A DNA stretch of 63,715 nucleotides, filler included, from Kipferlia bialata (taxonomy: Eukaryota), in assembly GCA_003568945.1 (NCBI GenBank). It is 7 parts of 7 records of this genome, joined end to end, with 100 filler letters (N's around TTAATTAATTAA, not from the genome) between each part and the next. Parts side by side here need not be neighbours in the genome. Positions count along the whole stretch, not along the records: positions 44,402 to 55,391 come from BDIP01001318.1; positions 55,492 to 60,781 come from BDIP01001357.1; positions 60,882 to 63,715 come from BDIP01001362.1; 4 more parts are not named here. One strand, written 5' to 3'. Shown piece after piece: positions 52,801-63,715 of the stretch. The notes below the pieces were generated by a model. That model ran no database searches and was not told the origin of the DNA. It was given only the letters and a program-made list of their open reading frames with translations. A program made the position numbers and the translations under genes. The first letter of the stretch is position 1. Every line of letters begins with the position of its first letter.

Positions 52801-54598
52801 CACCCCCAGTGCCCAAGTGGCCTCTGTCACACCTGACACGTCCATACACACACCCGGTGCTCAACAGTCACAGGCTGCACCCTCCCCAATGTCCCCTAGT
52901 CACTCTCTCCCCTCTCTCTCTCTATACACCAGGGAGGAACAGGGTATGGGGCACACCTCTGTGGGTCTGTCCATGGGTGACCTATGCTCATCAGAGGGTA
53001 TCAGTATGTTACAGACAGCACCCCCGGTATCAGGTGTCATTGTTCCAGAGACACAGCCCATGGGTAGTGACAGGGATGGAGCTGTTGGCGTCACATTGGG
53101 AGAGACTCAGAATGGCGTTGGGTCAGGCATTGAGGGTGTAGGGGAGGTGGCCCAGACTGAGAGGACAGGGGGACTGGAGGGTGTGCTGGCCGGTGTGAGG
53201 GCCAGAGCCAACAGCTACTCCCCCTCCCCCTCCCCCTCCCTGTCCATGACCCAGACGGGGGCACCTGTATCCACCCCCCAACAGTCTGCCTCCCCTGTCC
53301 CCTCCCCCCTGGCCGTCGTCCCACCCCCCTCTGCCACCAGTCCCCACATGGCCAGGATACAGTACATGCTCTCCCTGGCCCAGAGGAGAGAGAGGGGGAC
53401 ACGCGTGGCAGCCCCTAAGGTGGACACTGGCAGTAGGGCACCCCCACCAAGTAGTCTCAATGGCAGAGAGAGGTCTAGTGGCAGAGGGAGGGTGGGTGGG
53501 CAGAACATCAACCCCCAAAGGGCCTGTGACCCCACCCCAGTGTCAGTGTCTGAGTCAGGGTCAGTGGCAAGAAGGGGTGCAGTCCGCCGTGCCTCCCTTG
53601 GCAGTGCTAGGAATGGGGTCAGGTCCCCTCACATTGCACAGAGTATGAGAGAGCATGGGATAGGGACACCTACCAGAGACAGAAGTGTGGTGGGAGGTGG
53701 CAAGAGGGATGCTGTTCACCATGTCCCTAGTGTGGATGCCCCTGTGGATAGTGACTCCATGTCTGCCAGTGAGTATGTGGAGGCCCTGGTCAGAAGGACA
53801 AGACAGGAGGTGAGGAGGGAGAGGGGTGTGCTATCGGGTGAGAACGCCTCTCCATCTACAATGTATGTCCCGCGAGTGGCAGGGTCAACGAGAGAGGTCG
53901 AGAGAGAAAGAGCAGAGAGGCGCCAGGTGTCGAGAAGGGCTACCCCCTACATGGGTGTGACTGAGGCAGAGAGGGCAGAGTTCAGACGCAGCAGACATGG
54001 GTCCCTCCCTGGCCGCCCTGTGTCTGGGGTGGGTGTTGGGGATAGGACCCAGGGGTACCAGGCCTCAGGGGGGGTGGGGGGTATCAGTAGGCAGACACGT
54101 GACTATGTGACGCCAAGCGTGGCAGCATACGCCCCTCAGACACCCTCTGCCGTGTCCGTTGCCACTAGGAGAAGGGCCTCTGCGTCACCCACCGTGGCCT
54201 ATCCCATGGGCCACGGTGTCAGTGGGTTGGCCCATGCCTCCCCCTCCCCCCATGTCCCTACCCCTACCAGACCCCACGACCTGGGCCAGAAGGGGCACTT
54301 TGGGTATGTCCCCGGGGCCTGTCTAGGGGGGGAGGTACCCGTCGCCGGGGTGGTGTCTCCAGGGAGGAAGCCCAAGGTGTCGTCCTACTCCTCCCTCCAC
54401 AGCACAGACAGAGAGAGACACAGAGAGAGGGGTGTCAAGGGACGGGGCCCGGCCAGGGGTGCCGGGTCTGGGTATGGCCAGGTCCACAGGGCACAGACAC
54501 AGCGGACACAGCGGAGACGGTCTGCCCCAGGGCCAGGGGCCTCCGCCTCCCCCTCCGCCTCCTGGTACTCTGCCAACCACAGCCTGGCAGGGGACTAG
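48100..54598 (+). CDS. Highly divergent myosin-like protein: C-terminal part of motor, converter, 2 IQ motifs, Sfi1-like repeats, ~870-aa disordered tail (5'-truncated)
   Basis: In-phase exons ARDKDTWDGLVAG | VLAVCAVVLHLGNVRF | HLTNLLRCDTGSLATLLTRQ...LTLMQAEVHRA | GVCAALFHGLASEVIVGLN | LRQEGV...GVASILSD | HAMPHPLFLSQYSLL | VAVGSTLCFV...HLD | RAVSLEVTRRVSIIQAHFRGRKDR | IIKVQGMVRRFLA. These are collinear with myosin head landmarks. Stop TAG 54598. Confidence 0.78.
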
Positions 54599-54846
54599 CC
54601 GGGTTGGCTTGTGGTTGGGTGTGGGAGATTGTTGTATGTATTCTATGTGTATTGTATTTATGTGTAGTTTTGATGTTGTGTTTCGGTGTGTTTCGGTGTG
54701 TGAGGATCCTTCCAATAGAGTGCTCAAGAGAGTTGGTATTTGTTCTTTCTAGGGGTTCAGCAGATCTCCCGGTACCCTGGCCATGGCTCTTGCATCCCCA
54801 CCTGCCCACACACACACACCTACCCTCTCTTGCAGATACACCCTGT

Positions 54847-55226
54847 ATGATAGCTCTAGGGATCGAGGGGTCTGCCAACAAGCTGGGCATAGGCATTGTG
54901 ACAGAGACCGGCGAGGTGTGTGTCGATAGTATTCATACCCCTTTTTCCTATATCTACCTATGCTCATCCTCTAGGTTCTTGCCAATGTGCGTGACACATA
55001 CGTAGCCCCTATGGGCGAGGGCTTCATGCCCAGGGAGACAGCCGAGCACCACAGACAACTGGTCATCCCACTGGGTGGGTGTATGTGTATGCCCTATAGT
55101 GTATCCCTCTCTCCCTCTCTTGCCTCACCCCCAGTTAAGAAGGCACTGGCAGAGGCCAAGCTCACCCCTGCTGACATCACTATTGTATGTTACACAAGAG
55201 GCCCGGGGATAGGGGCCCCGCTCCAG
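54847..55226 (+). CDS. KAE1: KEOPS t6A threonylcarbamoyltransferase Kae1/OSGEP, N-terminal exons (3'-truncated)
   Basis: [45 protein letters not shown]|...[15 protein letters not shown]; exons 54847-54915, 54975-55074, 55135-55226. Confidence 0.95.
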
Positions 55227-55353
55227 GTAGATCCTAAGACACTTCTCAATCTCTCTTATCTTTGCCTCTGGGCTCACACTTACCGCTACGGGATCAATTA
55301 TCATGCCTACTGTCAATAGTTGCCCTTGTTCTAGCCGTCTCTCTCTCTCTCTC

Positions 55354-55391
<38 letters not shown>

Positions 55392-55491
55392 NNNNNNNNN
55401 NNNNNNNNNNNNNNNNNNNNNNNNNNNNNNNNNNNTTAATTAATTAANNNNNNNNNNNNNNNNNNNNNNNNNNNNNNNNNNNNNNNNNNNN
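55392..55491. other. Artificial contig spacer
   Basis: N44-TTAATTAATTAA-N44. Confidence 0.97.
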
Positions 55492-55501
55492 GCCCGCGAC
55501 A

Positions 55502-55544
<43 letters not shown>

Positions 55545-55576
55545 AGCTTCATATATATATATATATATATCCCGAC

Positions 55577-57311
55577 CTGTGTGTCCGTGACCCGATGCCA
55601 CAAGGGTAGACCCCTCCCCTGACTCACTGAGCTCGTGGATCCTCCACACACAGTCATCACCTCCAGTCAGCACACAGGTGCCCCTGCACGGTGAGACAGA
55701 GAGAGAGAGGGAGAGAGACAGTGAGAGAGAGTCAGCCTATGTGTCTGTGGAGGTATGTTACAGTATATGATACCACCACTATACCTGTTGGGGTGGAAGC
55801 ACAGGGATGTGACAGGTGCAGTGGATGCCGCAAATGTGGACTGCTGGGTGAAGGACAGGGACACGGGGTCTGAGCCCTCAACGTACACCCTGGGGGGTCA
55901 GTATGGCATAGAGAGAAGTAGAGAGTGTACACTACAAACACACCTATCGAGCACACTGGCCCTGGGCAGTGCGTCCATGGGGTACTGGGAGGGGGGAGGC
56001 CCAGACAGAGTCTCCTCCTTCTCTCTCTTGGCCTGCCTCTCTCTCTCCCTCCTCGTCCGAGTACTCCTGGCCCTGGTGGCGGGTGTCCTCTCTCTCTCCC
56101 CACCCCTCTCCCTCTCCTTCTCCCCCGTGTTGGGGTCATGCCCCAGTGACCTCAGCATCTCCTGGCTGGACTCCAGTCGGGTGCGCATCCTGTCAACCTG
56201 GGGTGAGGGGGGGGGGGAGAGAGAGAGAGAATAGTATCTCCACAGACAGAGGGTGAGAGTGTAGAGCGGGTGTCTGCACCAATACACACCTGCAGCTTAG
56301 CGAGCATCTTCTCCTTGAGGGCTGTCTCGTACTTGGTCTGCCACTGCTCAATCACAGGGGTGTATCCCTCCAGATGCTTGTTCAGACGCTCAATCTCCTT
56401 GGTCAGACGCTGCCTGTCGTGCAGCACCCTGGGAGTAAGAGAGAGACGGGGGGGGGGGGGGAGATTACTAGAGGGGGTATACGAGTAACTGCTGACAGCA
56501 AGAATACTGGGAAAGGAGCCTTGAGAATCACAATGGTTGAGAAGAGGGTATCTGTAGGCGTCTCACCTCTTGTGGTGCATCCTGTGGAAGTCTCTCTCCC
56601 TCTTGAGACGGTCAAAGGTAGCTGGAAGTGAGGAGAACACTGACAAGAGAGATAACAAATGCATCCAGAGAATAGACATTACAAATACACTATCACTCCA
56701 CCCCCACCTGCTGTCTTCTCGGCCACATCTCTGAGTCTGGCCATCTCGGTGTCAGTGTCAGACAGCTCATTCCTAGACAGTGAGGGACAGAGGGAGGTGG
56801 GGGATGGATATGTATCACTGTGGAAATATGTGAGTGTGAGGGAGATGACATTGGGAGGGCGGGGGGGGGGGGGGGCTGTACCTCAGTCTCTCCACCTCTG
56901 CAAAGCCATCAGGTACAGCAGCCTCTGAGGGGACCTGGGAATGAGCATGGCGCACAGAGAGGGAGACAGTGCACAGAGACAAAGAGAGACACTAACGCAT
57001 ACTCACGGGAATCACCACACACACACTGCCCCACACACCTTGCCGTTGGCCTCCAGGTCTCTCCACTCTCCCTCGAACTTGTCCAGAGTCCCATACATGC
57101 CCAGAGACCGAAGGAAGTCACGGATAAATACACTCGCAGACACAGGCCGCCTCACTACCTCTGGAGAAGGAATACGGTCTCCAATAGCAGCTGGGGTCTC
57201 CTTTGCTGCAGCAACACACCTGCGTGTCGTCTCGAAGTCCTCAGAAGACTCATCCGAGCTCTCATCTGAGGAGGGAAGATCCACAAACTCAAACTCGTCT
57301 TCGTTCGACAT
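55577..57311 (-). CDS. SPAG16: Central-pair WD40 protein PF20/SPAG16, N-terminal part
   Basis: MSNEDEFEF...FIRDFLRSLGMYGTLDKFEGEW, VPDGFAEVERL, HDRQRLTKEIERLNKHLEGYTP, KYETALKEKML, then first WD blade VTSLCFHP...DDCVWRI. Confidence 0.88.
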
Positions 57312-57622
57312 CTCTACACCCTACACTCTCCCAAACTTGCTTTTACGCTCAAGGTACCCTATAACCTGTGTGTGCAACTCTTCCACTGGCTCTAGAGTGG
57401 CTAAACAGGCCATTCCCAACTCAAAATCCAGTGGTTCTGCCCTACACCCTCTGTCGTTTTTGCTTTGCCACCGATCTGAAGTTCAGATTCTGAAGTCACC
57501 CTCTCTCTTCAAGTGCGCAGCCGTCCACCGTGCTACGAGTCGGATTCATCAGGAGTAGGAGCTTGAAACCAGGAGGAGAAGTCGTACTGGGGTCAGGAGA
57601 AGGATGTCGTTTAGGGGCCAGG

Positions 57623-58886
57623 ATGCCATCCACAGCATCAGGTCAGTATCGGACTGTCACGTACATGGTGTCACTGTTTGTCTCCTATATATATGTCCTG
57701 ATAGTCTGTCCCCCATATATTCATCCTGTAAGTGAATATATGTGGTTATATCCCACTGAATGCCCGTGGTGCCTCGTTTAGAGAGGTTGAGTATAACGGT
57801 ACCGGTATCGCTCTCTCATTCATATTGTGGTTGTACCCCCTGTGTTCTGTGTCTCTCCCTCACTCACTGCAGGTTCAACCAGGAGGGTGGATGCTTCAGT
57901 GTGGCCACACAGTGTGGGTTCAAGGTATGCATAGTGCACCCCTCCCCCTCTCTCTCTCATGTTACCATACCTCCAAGACTCCTCCAATGACACTGCTCCT
58001 CCCTCTCCCTCTCAGGTGTACAACGCAGACCCCTTTCTCCTCATAGAGCACCGTAACCTCCTCTCGGGGGCTGCCTTCCCCCCATGCACGGCCTGTGAGA
58101 TGCTGTACAGGTGGGTGGTGTCATCTCTAGGCTGCCCCTCTACATAGTCCTCATTCTACACTCCAGAGACACCCATCCAATGTCAGCCTCCTGACTCCAC
58201 CACTCTGTATTTCCTCTCTCTCTCTCTCTTCCTCCCCCTCATGCCAGGACCTCTGTGCTTGCCCTCATCTGCAACGATGCCGCAAAGGGCATGGATGGGT
58301 CAAAGGTGGGTACTACTATATACACACACACTATACCCCTTTGTAGTGAACTAACCTGCTAGGTCATTATCTGGGATGACCTCAGACGGCGTGTGCTGAC
58401 GTCCCTACCATTCAATGAACCAGTCAGGGCAGTCAGGGTCAGGACAGACAGGCTGGCCGTTGTGCTGAGCCGCAAGACCCTTGTGTACTCCCTGTCCGAC
58501 TTCAAGCTGCTGGACCACAAGGCAACTGCCGCAAATGAGGAGGGTGTGTGTTTCTTATCATATAGATACTATCTGTTTTGTATTCACGCCATCTGCTTGT
58601 TTCCCTCTCACCTACCTCCCTCACCCCCTAGGCCTTGTTGCACTGTCTGCTGGTGGTCGGTGTGTGCTGGCACTGCCGGGGGTCAACCTAGGTGGGGACT
58701 TATCCGTCCGATGTGCACATAGCCATTAGGGTTATTGATATGTAGTCCTATTGTCATATATAGTCCTTCACTGACCCCAGGCACTGTCAATGTGGAGACA
58801 TACCCACCGGGTACAGAGAGCTCGCAGGTAAGGACACAGCATATAGTATATATTCATGGATGCTTTCATCCCAACTGTGTGTGTAA

Positions 58887-58920
<34 letters not shown>

Positions 58921-59049
58921 CCCAGTCTGGTTGCACCCACTTCCTTGAGGCACATGCAGCCAGCATACAGAGCCTGGCTCTCAGTGAGGTATCTACACAC
59001 TCTATACTCACCCCTTTAGCTCGAGAGAGCCTGGCCCTCAGTCCTCCTG

Positions 59050-59090
<41 letters not shown>

Positions 59091-59960
59091 TCTCTCACCC
59101 TTACCATCAGGACAACTCCCTCGTGGCCTCTGCCTCTCTCTCTCTCTTATCCCTAGGACGGCTCCCTCGTGGCCTCTGCCTCTGCCAAGGGCACTCTAAT
59201 CAGGGTGTTCGACACCCAGACTGGGGCACAGCTGCACTCACTGAGGAGGGGGTCTAAGGTGGGGTATAGTCTCTACACCTCAGTCAGTGCTATCCTCTGC
59301 CTCACACCCCAGGAGGCCAAGATTGGCTCGATGGCCTTCAGCCCCGACCACAACTTCCTGGCAGTGACTAGCAGCAGGAAGACCATCCACATCTTCAGTC
59401 TCATGCAGGGGGGTAGGGAGGGCGACGGGCCTAGGTACGCACCTTCGAGTAAACCTCCGTCTCTACAATATCAAACCTCTTTTCTTCACTCAGATTTGTG
59501 TGCTATCATTGGTGTATTTGTGCTAGAGCTTCTTGTTCCTAACCTCCCAGGGGCTCTGCCTTTGACTCCATTCTGAGTGACACAGCTGTGGTCAAGATAG
59601 ACATGAAGCTCAGCAAGGGATACGATAAGGTGTGGCCTAGTAGATAGTATCTCTCCCTCCACCCCCCCTCTCTCTCTCTCTGTCTGTCTGTCTATCTTTC
59701 TTTCTGTCTCTCCGCCTCTCCTCATCTGATCCTAGGTTGTGCGGTTCGGTGTTGTCCCCAACACCCTGATTGTGCTGGCATACATACCAGGTGGGTGTAC
59801 GCTATGTATACGCTATATACAGAGTATGTACATGAGTATTTACTCTGTACAGTATCAGTATCAGTATCGATTATATATGTGCCCTCCCTCTGACCCCCAG
59901 GCCAGGCCGGGTTCAAGTACCATGCCTACTCCTTCAACGCAGAGACAGGGGCTGTGATCA
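57623..59960 (+). CDS. ATG18: PROPPIN (Atg18/WIPI; WIPI3/4-Hsv2-like LRRG type)
   Basis: FNQEGGCFSVATQCGFKVYNADPF, EMLYRTSVLAL, VIIWDD, AH..IQSLALS.DGSLVASASAKGTLIRVFDT, LRRG, AVTSSRKTIHIF. Start and stop are approximate. Confidence 0.92.
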
Positions 59961-60506
59961 TAAGGGACAAGCAGGATGCATAGGGAGGGAGAGAGAGAGT
60001 CGTCAGGGACAAGCAGGACGCGTAGAGAGGGGGAGAGAGAGAGAGCAGAAGTGTTGTTACTATAACTCTGATCAGTGTATATAAGTATAAGTGTGTGACT
60101 ACCAAATAGAACGCGTGAAACCATCAAGCAAGACCATTCTGACTTCATACCCAATCATAATGCAATGCTGCTACGCTCATTTAGTAACTGTTGTCTGGGA
60201 CACACACTTACACATAGTGTGGATAGTTAACGAATCTAACAACACAAAACAATACAAACACTGGCTCTGGCTACCCGCAGAACGAGCTAGGCAAGAACCA
60301 AGCTATCGAGTAGATAGGACTGATGGCGATGGACAATACCTCAATCAGCCATCACATATAGACACAAAGAGATAGAAGAAGGGGAGGCCAAAAGAGCCTC
60401 TAAGGCAAGAATGGAGAAACACCCACATAACACGGAAAGAACGACCCTGGGGTCACACTGTAACACTCACTGACACACTGTGTGGCTAGATACACCCCTC
60501 ACCCCC

Positions 60507-60609
60507 TCACTGCATGATGCCCAGTTCCATGTCCATGTCTGGGTGGGTATCGAGGTCGGAGGGGTAGTCCACCTCAGAGGCATCGCCCTCATCGGCCGAG
60601 GACATGGCC
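60507..60609 (-). CDS. Terminal exon of an unidentified gene
   Basis: CCACCCCAG|AMSSADEGDASEVDYPSDLDTHPDMDMELGIMQ*; an echo of its acceptor lies at ~60680-60705. Confidence 0.45.
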
Positions 60610-60781
60610 TGGGGTGGGAGATATGTATATGTATAGATATAAAGAGAGAGAGGGAGAGGGAGAGAGAGAGAGAGAGAGACATCGGCAGAGGACATGGCCT
60701 GGGGCGGGATATATGTATATATATATAGAGAGAGAGGGGGGGGGGGGGGGGGAGACCAAGATTAGTAGTGAAATTACACTT

Positions 60782-60881
60782 NNNNNNNNNNNNNNNNNNN
60801 NNNNNNNNNNNNNNNNNNNNNNNNNTTAATTAATTAANNNNNNNNNNNNNNNNNNNNNNNNNNNNNNNNNNNNNNNNNNNN
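60782..60881. other. Artificial contig spacer
   Basis: N44-TTAATTAATTAA-N44. Confidence 0.97.
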
Positions 60882-61601
60882 GGAGAGGGGGGGGGGGGGG
60901 GGGGGGGGGGTGGGGGGGGGGGGGGGGGGGGGGGGATCTGATATATTGATGGATGATGCGGCATTATGTCCCTTATGACTGATATATACGGGGAGAGTGG
61001 GTGGGGAGGTGCAGGGTACTAACACAAAAGGTGTACAAAAGTAGTGGTACCAAATCGATTAGGTCAAGGATAGTCATAGCCATATACACCAGGGGGACAC
61101 TTAACCATATATTTAACATGGCCCTGCAGAAGAAAATACACCAAAAGTGGAGAGTGTTAACGACATTAGCCAATGGTAGATATGATGTGAGATCTCTTGA
61201 CTTACCTATACACACTGTGTGACAACATATTTTCCCTGTCACCGCTTTCATCGTTGACACGGCTATCAGACCATGCCATTTGGAAGCTCCCACAGACCAG
61301 GGAAGACCAAGGCGGAGGCTTCAATGAGAGATGAAGGACGAAATGGAGTTGACTATCAAACCACGGGACCCTTTTGTGTTTTTGTTGCTGGTCCAACGCC
61401 GCGTCCAATCACGACCCATAATTGAGTTACTGCAGGTTTTTCTTGTAATCCTTCTCCCTACCTCACAAGGCGTTGTCTAAATGCTACTAGTAACAAGTAC
61501 ACGTATATTTGGTTGTTCACGCTTAGCAGCTAAGGCCGTGATGATCTTGGCACCATATGACACGATGTCACAGGATGGATGGTTGGACTGGGGTTATGTC
61601 C

Positions 61602-63664
61602 TTAGGAGCAGTTGCCTGGGAGACCGACATCCTCTGCAGACACACCTCCTAGACCCATCCAGCTCCTAAGCATCAGTAAGTTATCATAATGTATCAAGGG
61701 GTGATGGATGGTGAATCGAGAGGGAATGAGTGTATGTGTGTGAGAGAGTCCTTTGGCACCTCATAGCATTGACAATGGACATGTCCCTGTGCACACGGGT
61801 CCAGGTGGGGCCCTCGTAGCCACACTTGTCAGCCTAGGGGTGAGGGTATAGCCCAAGGATAGCGTGTGCGTGAGAGAGAGAGTACCTGGAATGCAGGGGT
61901 CTCGAGGACTGTGTTGCAGGTGTTGTCTGTCTGCTTGAGGGTACAGTCACTCCACCTGGGGGTCAGACACATGTATACATTTGTAGATGGATACACTGAG
62001 AGAGAGAGAGAGAGAGAGCCGTACCCATCGGGAATGGCCACAGCACCGTTGGGGGCGTAGTAGTACCCAGAGAGGACCAGACGGATGGGATAGTCGTGGG
62101 AGTTGTCAGACACGGCGTAGGGGTCGTTGAACAGCTTGGTCTCGAAGCCACGGTGCTTGGGAATGTCCATCTCCTGAGGTCAGAGGTGGGGAAAGCAGTC
62201 ACAATGTCAACCACTCAGCCATATATACATCCCCACACCCATCCCGACCTTAGTGAGGATGGACCCCTCTCCCTGCATGTCCCTTGATGATGACCCACTC
62301 CCGTAGGACTGGTCGTGGTCATCGTTCTGGATGGCCTGGGGGTGAGGGGGGTAGTGTATATACAGAGAGTGCTGTCTATATATATACATGCAACCGTACC
62401 ATTCTGTGGGACCCGATGTTGTAGTCGCTGCAGTCTCTGGGCTCCACAGGGTACCCGGAGTTCCAGATCTTGACCTGGGGTGAGGGAAGAGAGAGAAAGA
62501 GAGAGAGAGAAGAAGAATATGACGAGGTATAAGACAGTAAGGCCCCTCACCATGTCGACCTCTGCGTCACTGAAGCCATGGGCCTTGAGGGCATCGGTCA
62601 GCATGTAGGAGAAGCTGGGGGTCAGGCAATTACATACTAGTATGTCACTTGTAGTACATACAAATATCATATACGCTATATACTATGCCACACCTGTATG
62701 GGGACGACTGGTCACACATGAGGAGGCTCTTCTCCCCTCCCAGCAGCACCTCCAGCCAGGATATGTAGTCCTCAGGCATGGACCCGCCCATCCTGTCACG
62801 CACGTTGCCTGGGGTGAGGGTATATATCTATTTATACACACACATGTACAGTGAGAGGGGTATATGGCATGTCGCACCCAGGATGGCACCGATGTCGTTG
62901 GGGTGGATGTGCTTGGCGGCATCGATTCGGTGGCCGGAGAAGCCAACAGAGAGAAGGTCGACAATGTAGTCGGCAATGCGCTCCTGAGGTTAGAAGGGGG
63001 GAGTGTAGTGACTGACACAGAACGAGGCAAGGTCTTTGAAAGAGCTTTGTAAATTCATACAGGATGGAACATTCGCACCTGCACGTTCTGTCTCTCAGTG
63101 TTGATGTCGGTCAGACCCACGAGCCAGCCTGGGGTGAGGATACATCTAGACATATATATGCTCCACTACAAAAGAGAGTACCATTAGGATACAGAGTAAC
63201 CACACCACTCCATCCATCCCAACCCCTCAGTGATATATATATACCCACCTGCGTTCAGGTCCAGGGGGTCTGTCCAGCTGTTGAGAGCCCTCTCGCAGTG
63301 GAAGTCCAGAGGTCCATAGGGCACGCCGGGGTACTCCTGGATGGGGGGCAGGAAGGTGTTCTCGTTGGCCTGGAAGTTGAACCCCTGTGTGTAGTAGGGG
63401 CTGCCTCCAATATCGTCGTATAGGGCACCGGATGATGTCTTGCCAGGCCAGTACACGCAGTTGGAGTCCCTGAAAGTGAGGAGAATGTGGGAAGACTCTC
63501 TTGGCTCCATGATGTCAACTAATATCAACGTAACACCACTAATACATGTAAAAACAACATACACACTACAATCACTGGACTGTATACCACCCCCACCCAC
63601 CTGTGCTCCATGATGTCGTTGCCACTACCAGACATGTGGTTGAGAACGGCATCGGCATAGGCCC
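61602..63664 (-). CDS. Alpha-amylase, glycoside hydrolase family 13 (5'-truncated)
   Basis: Conserved regions AYADAVLNHM (I), LVGLTDINT (V), GHRIDAAKH (II, nucleophile), WLEV (III), QNDDHDQ (IV); TRVHR near the end; stop TAA 61602-61604. Confidence 0.93.
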
Positions 63665-63715
63665 TGGGGTCAGAGGGGGGGGGGGGGGGAAAAAAGGGGG
63701 GGCCAAACACACCAA

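Noticed and set aside
51830..54598. Possible alternative genetic code (TAR=Gln as in hexamitid diplomonads)
   Set aside because: A 922-codon ORF has no in-frame TAA/TAG, and several genes end at TAG/TAA at plausible positions (MmpL, oxidoreductase, amylase).

Overview
Eukaryotic, intron-dense protist DNA. It is not one locus: seven separate contigs (1-11007, 11108-22107, 22208-33205, 33306-44301, 44402-55391, 55492-60781, 60882-63715) are joined by artificial 100-nt N/TTAATTAATTAA/N spacers. The short GT-AG introns end in a fused branch-point/acceptor motif (CT[G/C]ACCCC[C/T]AG), are rich in (TA)n, (CT)n and poly-C, and the code is standard. By inference this suggests a free-living fornicate (metamonad) such as Kipferlia bialata; I could not verify the organism. 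Genes spliced by eye: a TPR protein, a tentative CFAP92-like protein, a kelch-like propeller, an MmpL/RND transporter, a tail-anchored flavin-disulfide oxidoreductase, a GT8-like fragment, an adhesin-like type II membrane protein, threonine dehydratase, TFIIE-alpha, a very divergent myosin, KAE1/OSGEP, PF20/SPAG16, an ATG18/WIPI PROPPIN and a GH13 alpha-amylase. Two signals stand out. (1) A myosin-fold protein with a degenerate switch II, two IQ motifs, Sfi1-like repeats and a long disordered tail, apparently in a lineage whose best-known members lack myosin. (2) Pervasive 'exon echoes': diverged tandem copies of exon ends with their splice site stacked inside introns, some as arrays of 7-9 copies.
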